From NCBI RefSeq assembly GCF_001194135.2, contig NC_068984.1:48911438-48975340 (forward strand): DNA of 63,903 nt, given 5' to 3'. A program made the position numbers and the translations under genes. The notes under the pieces are model-generated. The model was not told where the DNA came from. It searched no databases and was given only the letters and a program-made list of their open reading frames with translations. This document shows, in pieces, positions 47,737 through 60,165 of this stretch. Position 1 is the first letter of the stretch; each line of letters starts with the position of its first letter. The stretch is from Octopus bimaculoides (taxonomy: Eukaryota).

Positions 47737-50700
47737 CTCTAAACAGAAATAGCAAAAAGCGATTTATAAATACTTTATAAAGCGGGAAAATTAGTTAGAA
47801 TAAATAAATACATGTGTCTGCTTTCTACCAAAAAATAAAGATTGTCAAAATATGATAATGGTGCAAAATGAGCAGCTGTCAAAGTTTACCATATACCTTA
47901 CTACTTGTAAACTCTTGTGAGACTACACAAGAGTTTACAAGTGAAATAAAGACAGGCAGAAACAAAAAAATGTCCCTGTTATTTGAATACTATACAAATA
48001 TGTCTTCAAAAAGACTTTTCTTTTAAATTTACCAAAATTTAACGTTTCAATAATTTTTCAAAAATCTATTATTCATATTTATTGTTGAAAAGATCTCAAG
48101 GATCGAAACCGGTTCTGTAATGTTCTTTATAAAAGTATTTTAGCATTTTCTACTTTGTCTTTTTTTCATATATATCTACTCGTGTGTNNNNNNNNNNNNN
48201 NNNNNNNNNNNNNNNNNNNNNNNNNNNNNNNNNNNNNNNNNNNNNNNNNNNNNNNNNNNNNNNNNNNNNNNNNNNNNNNNNNNNNNNNNNNNNNNNNNNN
48301 NNNNNNNNNNNNNNNNNNNNNNNNNNNNNNNNNNNNNNNNNNNNNNNNNNNNNNNNNNNNNNNNNNNNNNNNNNNNNNNNNNNNNNNNNNNNNNNNNNNN
48401 NNNNNNNNNNNNNNNNNNNNNNNNNNNNNNNNNNNNNNNNNNNNNNNNNNATATATATATATATATATAAATATATATATATATGTAATATTCTAAACAT
48501 CCCTCCATTTGTGCTATAGCTATATTTGACGCAATATTCTAATATTGTGATAAATGTAATTCTGTTTAGAAAAACATAAAAAGCAACAAACCCCAAAAAT
48601 AAATCAATAAGAGTAGTTTAGTTACGTAAAATTTTATTTTATTTTCCTTTTGTTTTCTTCTTTTGCTACAGACATGTCATTCCTTTTCGATAGCGTTTTT
48701 ATATTTAAAAAAATATATCGTGCGCAAAACAAAGTTGAAAATAAGAACATGTTATTTTTATTTGTGAATCTAATTTTGATGTTGACTAACTAGATAGTTT
48801 AATGAGAATTATGAGACTGTTTTCTCTATTCATGTCATTTTCAGACTTCTGGAAATTGCTCATCATTCTAGCCTAAAATCAGCCACAAGAGATTACTCAG
48901 ACTGTTTTTGTTAACTCTCCGAATTATTCGTGAGACATTGTCATTCATTCTCGCTATAAATTCTCTATAGATTCCGAAAGTTGTAGTTCCACCGGCTACA
49001 ATACTCCAATGGTTTAGTGCAGTAAGTACCTGGTTGGATATCAGATGACAAATAACTAAATTCATTTTGCGGTTGAGGTCTTACAAAGAACAACCAAATT
49101 TACTCGAGCCATCGTCCAAGAGTAGAGAAATCGTAGATGATCATCGAGCGCCATTTCAATTCTGTGCATGAACACCAGCTACGTCAGAGACCTTTGAAAT
49201 GAGGTGCTGGCGCTATATACATATTACGGCCAACAAAACCGGTCTCTTCAAAAGAAAGAGACAGAGCATACGTTCCAGCCTGGCTAATTTATTCCGAGAT
49301 AAATGACAGACAAGCAGCAACGTATCTCCTTCCAGCCTTTCAAGGACAGCTTAAACGTATCCCATATATTAGTAATACAAAGGTCCATATTCGCAACAAC
49401 CTTTGTGTTTCAGTAGATGACCTTGAGTACATCCAATCTCTTCAGAAATGGTCCATACACCAAAACAATTTTGAAGAAGGCATACTTGAACGTGTGCGTA
49501 ATTCGAAATTATCCTGATAAATAATAGACTCAGAATTTGTCCACGAAACCGACATCGCATCGTTATGATAACAGCTTTTTTGTTACGACCAAGAAGCACC
49601 ATCTTCTGTATGAATACCTTTACCAAAATATTCAACGCAGCATTTTTTCAACTGATTCGGATCTTTTCTAAGGAAAGTTATTACATTCCAGCTCACGTGA
49701 CTGAGGCTGCTTCCTATCTACTGCTAGCAGAGACAGATGTTTGACAAACTAGTAATAAGCGCGTCTGAGCCGTAGTAATATTACTCCTAGGTCAGACAAC
49801 CACCAGTTTGTTACCATCGGCATTATCGGGCTGAAAGGATAAAATCCGAAGTTATCATTGGCAGGATTTGAACGTAGAACATACAGAGCCAAAAAAAATA
49901 CCGCAACACACTCTTTTTTAGCATTAGCAGACTAGAGATAATGACAGTGTTATGAAATCTCTAAATAAAACAGAAAGTCCCACAAACACATATCAGATGA
50001 AATCTGAGACAATTATAGTGACCATATATTGTTATAAACCATGAAAATATATTAATTTCGACAACAATGCACTCTAAAAGAAATGCCGAAACTATTCGGA
50101 TATAAAGATCTACAAATAGAAATTACTAAAAGATATTGATTGAAAATATGTTGAGTACAGTAATGTGTGGCATGTTGTTGATTAAAAAATATGAGGATAG
50201 ATAGATACATATCAGCCTACGACACATATTCACTCGCGACATAAAAAAACAAAAGCACCGCAAGTGACTGCTTACATCTTATGTAGTTTATTTTCAGTAA
50301 GATGAAAGTCATAAACAAAAATACGACACAGTAGTACGCGTGGCGAAAATACTTGCGCTTAATTTGGAAGCAAATGGATGCATAATCCGTATTGGTAGAA
50401 TTCAGTGTAACTGTTAACGTGACCTCCTAGAATTTAATATAACAGCAACTATTGAAAAGTAGCTTTTACAAACTATTTTATATCACAACTTACTAACTTC
50501 GTCATAAATACATTTAACAGCGTTTATCATGTCATGAGCTTCTGAAATGCTGGATTAGAAAGTAACACCTCTAGATTTTCTAGTTTGTAACTACTAGAAA
50601 ACATCTAAAATCATTACGCGACATAATAACTTTCCTATGCAACGACTATCCACTCAAAGAAGATAACTTAGTACATGAACGTTTCGTATAAGGGAACATT

Positions 50701-51514
50701 TTAAAATGGTAATTATTAATGCTGCTCTCACAAGATATCCCCATACTCTCCCACGTTGATCACTATACCAACAACATTCTGAAATTGAAGTAACGATAAA
50801 GACTTAATTACTGTTTGTAGGTATGAAGATAGATATGAGCATCCTTAAAGGTTTGTTTCCACAAGGCCCAACCTGCCATGAAGTTAATGCAACTTATAAA
50901 ATTAGAAACAGAGCTATATTTGGCATATACCATACAATATCGAAGACAACAAGATTCACCATACAGGCGACAGATTCAAAGGCATATCTAAAATGTTTAA
51001 AATATACAAGCAAATAATGTTTTATGACGCTGATACAGTTTATAAAACCCGATATGACATTGTATAAGGATAGCCTACACGATCTATCACAAAAAGCACA
51101 TGGAGACACAGAAACGTAACAAAGACACTCAAATTCAACACCTTTCAGAAATGATTCTACGGCATTCATCTCAGCTCGCATTTGTTGTAGAAAAGGGCAA
51201 AGGATACATGGCACGAAAGCGAATGAAAGAGCTATGCATTTACACCCAATTGTTATATGAAAAAGTGAGTAGAAGTTAAGATGCACGAAGGACAGGAAAG
51301 ACATTAAGAGACAACCAAACCTGAACGTAAGTCAATATTTATTTCCGAAAATAAGAATACTAACGTTTGTAAATATTGTGAGGGTGTTCCCAAACTAGAT
51401 TTTATTAAACTGTATTCGTATTTTCCAGTATGTCTATTTACGAAAATATACCAATTAATTTCGATGTAAGAACGTAAATATAAAACAGATATTTCTCAAA
51501 TAAGTATTAATAAT

Positions 51515-51737
51515 GATCCTGACAATTATAGGCACATGACCTGAAATTCTGGGAGTAGAGACAAGTTGATTACTTCAACACCAAGATACAACTGGCATGA
51601 TATTCATTAACTTCGAAAAGATAAAAGGGAACATCGGTTTCGATTGCATTTGAGCACAGAATGAACACGGAACTTAAAGAGGGACGTGATACCCGCTAAG
51701 AATTTGGCTCGGCGTGCTAACGAATTTACCAGCTCGC
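51515..51737 (-). mobile_element. SINE family A, degenerate copy
   Basis: CGGCGTGCTAACGAATTTACCAGCTCGC is the reverse complement of the family A head; the tail type matches 28088. Confidence 0.65.
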
Positions 51738-51747
51738 AAAAGTAATG

Positions 51748-51758
51748 CGTTACTACTA

Positions 51759-51814
<56 letters not shown>

Positions 51815-51898
51815 GTTGCTGCTGCTACGAAGAAGAAGAAGAAGAAGAAGAAGAAGAAGAAGAAGAAGAAGAAGAAGAAGAAGAAGAAGAAGAAGAAG
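51748..51898. repeat. (ACT)n-(GCT)n-(GAA)n compound microsatellite
   Basis: Direct reading of the sequence. Confidence 0.97.
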
Positions 51899-53452
51899 AC
51901 ATGGTCAGCAAAGGAACAACTTCAGCAAAGATCTATCAAAAAAAAAAACACTGGACCCATATAACAACTATGAGGTAACCTAGGCACTGTAAAAATTATG
52001 CAGCTCGATGGCACCTGGGTATGACAAGATGCCCAACTTCTGGTTAAAATGCCTAACATGAGCACATCAAAGACAGGCTGAGAAATTTAATGGAATACTA
52101 GTAGAGCCACAGAAATGCCTGAATGCCTCACAGAATGGAAAACTAACCTAATTCCTAAATCTACTAAAACGGCAAACCCACAAAATTACAGACCAATAAC
52201 TTGTCTCCCTACAATTAACAAAGCCTTTACTGTAATAATATCACAGAGAATTAGCAAAAACCTGGAAAAAAACGACCTGTTTCCAGAACAGCAGAAGGTT
52301 GCATCAAGGGCTCATACGGCCGTAATGATAAGCTACTGATCAATAAAGCATTAACTGAAGACAGCCGCAGAAAGAAGAAGGGTCTAAGTATGGCTTGGAT
52401 CGATTACAGAAAGGCTTTTGCTAGTACTTCCAACATATGAAACCTAGAGACACCAGCCATGAACAAGGTAGCACTGATAATCATAAAATATATAGAACAT
52501 TCCATGTACAAATGGCAGACAGTGCCACAGCTCCTCCAAGAGAGACTCCTACAAACCAAAGACATCCCCATTGGAAGAGGAATATTCCCGAGAGACACGC
52601 TCTCTCCACTCCTTTTCTGCTCGGCACTGACACCTTTATCTGGTATGCTAAACAGAACTGGATGTGGATACAACTGTTACAGCAAAACAATCAGCCACCA
52701 CTTATATATGGATGATCTAAAACTTTACGCTACAAATGATAAACAACTGGAGGTATTACTACAGACAGTACATGGATTTGCCAAAGAAATAAACATGAAA
52801 TTTGGCTTAGAAAAATGCGCCAAAGCAACCTTGAAAAGAGGAAAACTAGGTAAGAGTAACATCACACTAGATAAAGTCCTGGCTAAGAAGGAACATATTC
52901 ACAGAGATGACAGAGTTGGAACCTATATACACTGGATGCTAGGCCAACACTATGAAATAACAACAGAAAAAAAATGCTATAGGCACACGCCAGAAACGGT
53001 GACAGAAAGTGAGAAAGTAACAATATTCTGGGATATGCCAATACACACAGATAGAGAAATTAAGGTCAATAGGCTGAATGTAGTTGTCAGAAATCACCAA
53101 GAAAAAATTGCTTCCTAATCGATGTATCAGTACAAAAAGATGGCAAACTTTCTCTAAAAGAAACGGAGAAACCTTCAAAACACAAAGACCTGGAAATTGT
53201 TGCAACTCGAATGTGGAGTTTAAAAATAGAAACAATTCCTATCATAGTAGGTGCATTAGATATGATAAAAAAATATTCAGACAAATACATAACAAAAACA
53301 CCAGGGATAACAAGTATATACAACATACAGAAACTATCACTACTAGGCACGCACACAAAAATAAGTGTAGCAAAACAAACCACATGACCTACCCAAGGCA
53401 CACAGATCTGCCCTCGGTAATGCAGTGAAACCACGTGATAAAAAGGGTACTA

Positions 53453-53456
<4 letters not shown>
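51899..53456 (+). mobile_element. R4/Dong-like LINE family Y, RT to 3' end with an internal deletion
   Basis: QNYRPITCLPT, AWIDYRKAF, GIFPRDTLSPL, LYMDDLKLY and FGLEKCAK, then a jump at ~52875 to VLAKKEHIHRDD, followed by the RLE remnant and 3' UTR. Confidence 0.93.
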
Positions 53457-53523
<67 letters not shown>

Positions 53524-53525
<2 letters not shown>

Positions 53526-54210
53526 TCCCAGCAATGGCTGAGAAGCTCAGGACTCAAAGCAGAGACTGAAGGATTTTTAATTGCTGCACAAGACCAAAGC
53601 CTCCCCACCAGAAATTACCAAAAACACATAATGAAAAGAAATATAACAAGTAACTGTAGAATATGTGGAGATGGACAAGAAACAATAAATCAGATTATCT
53701 CTGGCTGCCCAGNNNNNNNNNNNNNNNNNNNNNNNNNNNNNNNNNNNNNNNNNNNNNNNNNNNNNNNNNNNNNNNNNNNNNNNNNNNNNNNNNNNNNNNN
53801 NNNNNNNNNNNNNNNNNNNNNNNNNNNNNNNNNNNNNNNNNNNNNNNNNNNNNNNNNNNNNNNNNNNNNNNNNNNNNNNNNNNNNNNNNNNNNNNNNNNN
53901 NNNNNNNNNNNNNNNNNNNNNNNTACAAAGACCTGGAAATAGAGATAACTCGAATGTGGAATCTAAAAACAGAAACAATTCCTATCATAGTAGGTGCCTT
54001 AGGTATAATAAAAAAATATTCAGACAAATACATAACAAAAATAGCAGGACTTACAAATATATATAACATACAGAAAATTGCACTACTGGGTACTGCACAC
54101 ATCCTACGCAAAACACTTTCAATACAGTAAACATAAGAGCACCACAGCAAACCACAGCACATACCCAAGGCGCACAGAGCTGCGCTCGGTAGTGAAGTGA
54201 AAGCACGTTA
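53524..54210 (+). mobile_element. R4/Dong-like LINE family Y, 3' portion (internal gap)
   Basis: GLKAETEGFLIAAQDQSL..CRICGDGQETINQIISGCP; YKDLEIEITRMW..GTAHILRKTLSIQ*; 3' UTR. Confidence 0.93.
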
Positions 54211-54244
54211 TAAACATAAAATAATAATAATAATTATGATGATG

Positions 54245-54560
54245 ATAAACCGGATATTATTATAAAGGATCAGACAAAGAAGATGCGTTTATTATAATGC
54301 CGACATATAGCAGCGAAAGAATTTGAGAAGATCAGTAAATATAAACACTTGCTAATAGAAATTGAAAAAATGTGGCACCTCAAAGCGACTACTGTACCAA
54401 TGATTGTAGGATCTCTAGGAATGATAAAAAAAAAGTACTGAAACCTACTTGAAAATGATACCAGGCTTACCATCTCTATAGGAAGTGCAAAAAATCGTGT
54501 TAACTGGAACGATTCATGTAATGATAAAAGCATTATCGCTGTGAAAACAACATCCATCCA
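54245..54560 (+). mobile_element. R4/Dong-like LINE RLE/3' fragment (related to family U)
   Basis: KPDIII..AAKEFEKISKYKHLLIEIEKMW..VPMIVGSLG; similar to 56510-56830. Confidence 0.85.
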
Positions 54561-54619
54561 TGAATTATTTATCTATTTATTTATTTTAAATACATATTTT
54601 ACCTGTGAATTTGCGTGTG

Positions 54620-56830
54620 TAAACTGGGAATGCATACAATGAGCTTCTCGGCCCAGGATGTACAGAAAACACTCGGCAAGAAACGGAAGAAAATTTGAAG
54701 AAAGAAAAAAGAAAACAATAATAATACTTAACTACTCCCAAAGAGTAACGAAACCAAATCTCCACAAAACTATCGGTCATAACTTGTCTATTTACTACAT
54801 ATAAAATTTTAACGTCCATCCACGTGGAGAAAGCATGCAGATTTAAGGAACAGAACGATATTTTCCCCCTTAAACAAAAGGGGTGCCGAGGAGGCTTATT
54901 ATTATGCAAATGCCAACTCTTAATTAATCAAACGATCCTTGAGAACCGTCATAACTAACGCAGAAATCTCAGTTCTACATGGACTGATTATAAAAATGCC
55001 GTCGACAGAATACCGTATTCATGGATCTTGAAAATCGCTGGATATCTTCAAAATTTCTCCTGTGATTTCAAACTTCCTGAAGTACATGTCAATGTGGAAT
55101 ACGAATCCCCAACTATACCATTCTAATGGAGTATTGACTATAAAAAACATTAATATCAACTGCAACATTTTCCAAGGTGGCTCACTTTCACCTTTAATTT
55201 TCTGCATAACACTTATACCCCTTACTAGTGAGCTTAACAGAACGGGATATGGATATAAAATTGGCGACAAGAAAATAAGTCATCTATTTTATATGGATGA
55301 CTTAAAACTCTATGGCAAATATGATAATGAGATGGAAGGATTACTACGTACTGTGAAAGCATTCAGTGATAACATTGGGATGAAATTGATCAATGTGCCA
55401 AGGCTACTTTCCAGAATGGGTAACTGAAGACCTCATATTCAGTAGAGTTAGATGTTGACACAGTCATAACAGAACCCGAGCGGGAACAAACATGTAAATA
55501 CCTCCGACTAAACGAGGGCTCTGGTATTCAGCATGGAAGTATGAATGAGAAGATCAGGAAGTAATGTTAGAGGAGAGTTCGAGCAGTCCTAAAATCTGTG
55601 TTAAATACGCGCAACAAGATGTTAGCTGTAAATTCCTTAGTAGTTCCGGTTGTTTCAATGTGTTGAACTGGAATTTGAGCGAAATAAGGAAGATTCATTG
55701 GACAAAAAAAAGCTGCTGACTTGCAATAAGATAAACCACCTAAAGGCAGACGCGGATCGTCTTTACCTACCTAGATCTCAAGAAGAACGAACCTTGATCC
55801 AGTTTGAAATCTCCTACAAAACTACCACACTTGGACTGGCAAAATATCTTGAAACATCTAAAGACGGGATACTAAAACTCGTTGAAAACCATGAAAGACG
55901 TAAGAAGCTACATTCTGATATGAAGGAGAGTAAGACATTTTCAAATGAGCTTATGCATAATACCCATGTTGAACAGTATGGTGAAAGTGCAGCAACTGTA
56001 GCTGCAAAGAAGGTTAAGTCAATAGCAAATCAAAATGCGTTTGAACAATTGGCTGATAGGTGGGAACAAAAACCTCTGCATGGTAAATATGTGGCTCGTA
56101 GCAAACAAGCTGATGTAGACCAGAAGTACACCCATCAGTGGTTACGGAGATCAGGGCTAAAAGCAGTGAGTGAAGGCTTTATGTTGGCTGCCCAAAATCG
56201 GAGCTTATTAAGCCGGAACTATCTAGCCAATGTGACGAAAAATGGTGTAGACCCAAAGACCTGATCCTGCAACGATGGGATAGAAACAATGGACCACCTA
56301 ATCTCTGGATGTAAGGTTTTAGCACCTGTAGAGTACAAGTCAAGACATGACAGAGTTGGCTATTATCCACATTGGATAATGTATCGGCACTATAAAACCA
56401 AAACTGCTGACAAATGATACAAGCACCATCCTGAGGCTGTAACTGAAGAAGAAAATGTAACTAGTCTTTGGGATTTCCCAGTATGTACACAGACCGGACC
56501 ATCAAAACAAAGAAACCAGATATTGTTGTGAAAGACCAAAAAAATAGAGTTTGCTTAATGATTGACATGAGCATACCCTGTGACTATAGTATCTCGGCAA
56601 AAGAATTTGATAAGCTCAGAAAATATAAAGATTTGCTCATCGAAATCGAAAAGATGCCGCATCTCAAGACGGTTACAATATCAATGAGAGCAGGAGCACT
56701 TAGAATGATCAAAAAAGGATCTGAAACTTATTTAAGAATAATCCTTAGCTTCCCATCCATGCAGAAAGTGCAAAAGATTGTCTTATTTGGTAGTGATACG
56801 TATTGAGAAGACCATTGTCACTGTGGATTT
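54620..56830 (+). mobile_element. R4/Dong-like LINE family U (RT, zinc knuckle and RLE), decayed
   Basis: NIFQGGSLSPL and HLFYMDDLKLY (ORF 55062-55427), LHGKY..GLKAVSEGFMLAAQ and KPDIVVKDQ..IDMSIP..KEFDKLRKY (56468-56806). Confidence 0.92.
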
Positions 56831-57045
56831 TCTCTCCCTTTCCCCTTTATTTTCTTAGTTTACATTTTTATTTTTTTATTTTTTCTCTCTCAGTTTTCTT
56901 CTCCATTTTCTCTATCACATGACTTTGTAAATGGACAATTTGGTGTGTTTATTTTAATGGCCTACCAATGTATGCAGTGCGTTTCTCTGCCCTAGGTATC
57001 AGGAAGACACTCTGCAAGAAATATTGAAAGATGATGATGATGATG

Positions 57046-57102
<57 letters not shown>

Positions 57103-57125
57103 GCAATAACGATAATAATAATAAT

Positions 57126-57980
57126 AATTACCAAAAACACATAATGAAAAGAAATATAACAAGTAACTGTAGAATATGTGGAGATGAACAAGAAACAATA
57201 AATCATATTATCTCTGGCTGCCCAGTCCTGGCTAAGAAGGAATATATTCACAGACACGACAGAGCTGGGACCTATATACACTGGAAGCTATGCCAACACT
57301 ATGGAATAACAANNNNNNNNNNNNNNNNNNNNNNNNNNNNNNNNNNNNNNNNNNNNNNNNNNNNNNNNNNNNNNNNNNNNNNNNNNNNNNNNNNNNNNNN
57401 NNNNNNNNNNNNNNNNNNNNNNNNNNNNNNNNNNNNNNNNNNNNNNNNNNNNNNNNNNNNNNNNNNNNNNNNNNNNNNNNNNNNNNNNNNNNNNNNNNNN
57501 NNNNNNNNNNNNNNNNNNNNNNNNNNNNNNNNNNNNNNNNNNNNNNNNNNNNNNNNNNNNNNNNNNNNNNNNNNNNNNNNNNNNNNNNNNNNNNNNNNNN
57601 NNNNNNNNNNNNNNNNNNNNNNNNNNNNNNNNNNNNNNNNNNNNNNNNNNNNNNNNNNNNNNNNNNNNNNNNNNNNNNNNNNNNNNNNNNNNNNNNNNNN
57701 NNNNNNNNNNNNNNNNNNNNNNNNNNNNNNNNNNNNNNNNNNNNNNNNNNNNNNNNNNNNNNNNNNNNNNNNNNNNNNNNNNNNNNNNNNNNNNNNNNNG
57801 ACTTACAAATATATATAACATACAGAAAATTGCACTACTGGGTACTGCACACATTCTACGCACAACACTTTCAATACAGTAAACATAAGAGCACCACAGC
57901 AAACCACAGCACATACCCAAGGCGCACAGAGCTGCGCTCGGTAGTGAAGTGAAAGCACGTTATAAAAATAAAACTACTGA
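57126..57980 (+). mobile_element. R4/Dong-like LINE family Y, 3' portion (internal gap)
   Basis: CRICGDEQETINHIISGCPVLAKKEYIHRHD, and a 3' UTR nearly identical to 54100-54210. It is flanked by AAT repeats. Confidence 0.93.
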
Positions 57981-57982
57981 AC

Positions 57983-58030
<48 letters not shown>

Positions 58031-59320
58031 CTGAGCATGGTATTGGTTGATTATCGCAAAGCATATTATATGATACCACACCTCTGGATAATAAGAACAA
58101 TGGAAAATTATGGAGCAGCAAAAAATTTAAGAAGCCTTTTATGAAATAGCATGAAATAATGGGGAAGGGACTTGACAGCCGGTAAGCAAGTACTAGGAGA
58201 GATGAACATCAAGCTAGGAATCTTCCAGTGGGACAGTGTATCCCCACTGATATTCGTTTTGGAAATGACCCTCTTGAGTGGAATGCTACAATTGGGGTAT
58301 GATTTGGGAATATATAAGGGAAAAGTAAATCACTTGCTATTCATGGACGATCCAAAGCCATTCACAAAAACTGAGGCAGAACTGGCCAGTTTAGTCCAGT
58401 TTGTGCGGATTTTCTCCAGTGATATTAAAATGGAATTTGGACTCTCAAAACTTACCACGATGGTGATGAGACGAGGAAAGCTTGCCAGAAAAGAAAGCAT
58501 ATGTTTGCCAAATGGTGAAATGTTGAAAGCAATTCAACATCAATCCAGCTATAAATACCTAGGAATACTTGAGGCAGATGAAATCAAATACCACGACATG
58601 AAGAAAAAGACAAAAAGAAAGTACCTGCAGCGAGTGAGAAAAATATTGGCTTCAAATATGAATGCCAGAAATATAATTTCGGTAATAAATTCGCACGCAG
58701 TTGCGGTAGTTTGGTATGGCAGGGAATCCTAAAGTGGACAGAGGAGATGGACAGGAAGTCAAGAAAGTTCCTAATGCTGCATAGAGCCCATCATCCATAT
58801 GCAGACACTGATTGCCTATGCATGAAGAAAGAAAATGGAGGGAGGGTACTGATAAGTATGGGAGACTGCGTGCGTATCGAACTCGAGACTTTAATGAGAT
58901 ACCTAGCCCAAAGTAAGGAAACCTTGTTAGTGACAGTTAGAAACGAGGGAGTATTCAGAGTAGAGACAAAATTGAAAATAAAGGAAGAAGTACAAAAATA
59001 CCTTGAAGATGAATTACGCAAGAAGGGACTACACAATCAATTCCATGTGCCAATTATTGTTGGATCCTTGGGAACAGTATCAGAAGGCATCAAAGGGAAT
59101 ATAAAGGAAACTGGAATAGAGTGCCTAGTAGAGCTGTTACAAAAGGTTTACTTTTTTTGCCACGGCCAGAATAATAAGGGAACTAGTAGATAGCTGAATA
59201 GAACGATTAAGATGGTGCCGTAGGCTGCAGGTAGGAAGCCCATTACGCATGCGAGACTGCAGGAGCTCCAACAAAACCTGTGATAAAGACAAAACAATAA
59301 GAACAACAACAACAACAATA
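58031..59320 (+). mobile_element. R4/Dong-like LINE family V with the zinc knuckle and RLE deleted
   Basis: GIFQWDSVSPL, HLLFMDDPK and YKYLG (58172-58732); LHNQFH joins directly to VPIIVGSLG; the 3' UTR matches 29430-29530. Confidence 0.9.
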
Positions 59321-59344
59321 ATAATAATAATACCAGCAAATATT

Positions 59345-59680
59345 CTGCTCATTTACCACAGTTTTGCCTTTCAGCTCTTTGACCTTAAACAGTTGAGCAT
59401 GCCTCGTTGTGGCTGACGTTATGTGCATCTCTGATCACGAGCAGAAGTTGTGTGGGAGCATCATAGCCATATGTTGAAAGGAAATCTTTGGGGTTGGATA
59501 ATTCCCCTTTGGAAACATGGGTATTTCATCCAGCGTCCTTAAGCAACACTTATTCCAGGACCTTTTCATCGGGTCCCCACCTGCAAGGTTATGTGCGCTG
59601 TTTATCTTGATACGTGATCACCACGTCGCGCACATATGGTTGTGATACATGAGCCTTGTATACCTTTATCACTCAATAAT
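59345..59680 (+). repeat. Dispersed repeat C
   Basis: Inverse counterpart of 18795-19075. Confidence 0.8.
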
Positions 59681-59699
59681 AATAAAAATAATTATAAAG

Positions 59700-60000
59700 T
59701 TTCATATTGGCGGGTCAAGATCAAAGCTTGCTTACCAGAAACTCTCACGCTAATGTTCTTCAAAGCGGTTCTGACTCTAAATGCATATTCTGCAAAACAT
59801 TTGACGAACCAATGGACCATCTCGTCTCACGATGTCCTGTGCTGACACAGAACGAATACAAAAGTTGCTACGATTGGGAAAGACATTATTTACATTCAAA
59901 AATGTGTAAACACTACAAAATCAGCACTTTTGTTTACTGGTATGGACATCATACTGAGCCAGTCGTTGAAGGTAAAAATATCAGTATCCTCAGGGATTTT
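59700..60000 (+). mobile_element. R4/Dong-like LINE zinc-knuckle fragment
   Basis: AGQDQSLLTRN..CIFCKTFDEPMDHLVSRCP..WYGH..ILRDF (ORF 59707-). Confidence 0.85.
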
Positions 60001-60003
60001 GAT

Positions 60004-60115
60004 GGTGGTCGTCGTCGTCGTGGTTGTTGTGGTGGTGATGGTCTTCGTCGTGGTATAGTAATAATAATAGTAGTCGCAGCAGCAGCAGCAGTATTATTAT
60101 TATTATTATTATTAT

Positions 60116-60165
<50 letters not shown>
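60004..60165. repeat. Compound GGT/GTC/GCA/ATT/AGT triplet microsatellite
   Basis: Direct reading of the sequence. Confidence 0.95.

Noticed and set aside
49790-49915. Additional very decayed SINE A copy on the minus strand
   Set aside because: Only GGATTTGAACGTAGAAC is recognisable, which is too little to annotate.
53712-53923. Gap length differing from the expected missing LINE segment (also 57313-57799)
   Set aside because: Scaffold gap sizes are estimates and are not evidence of indels.
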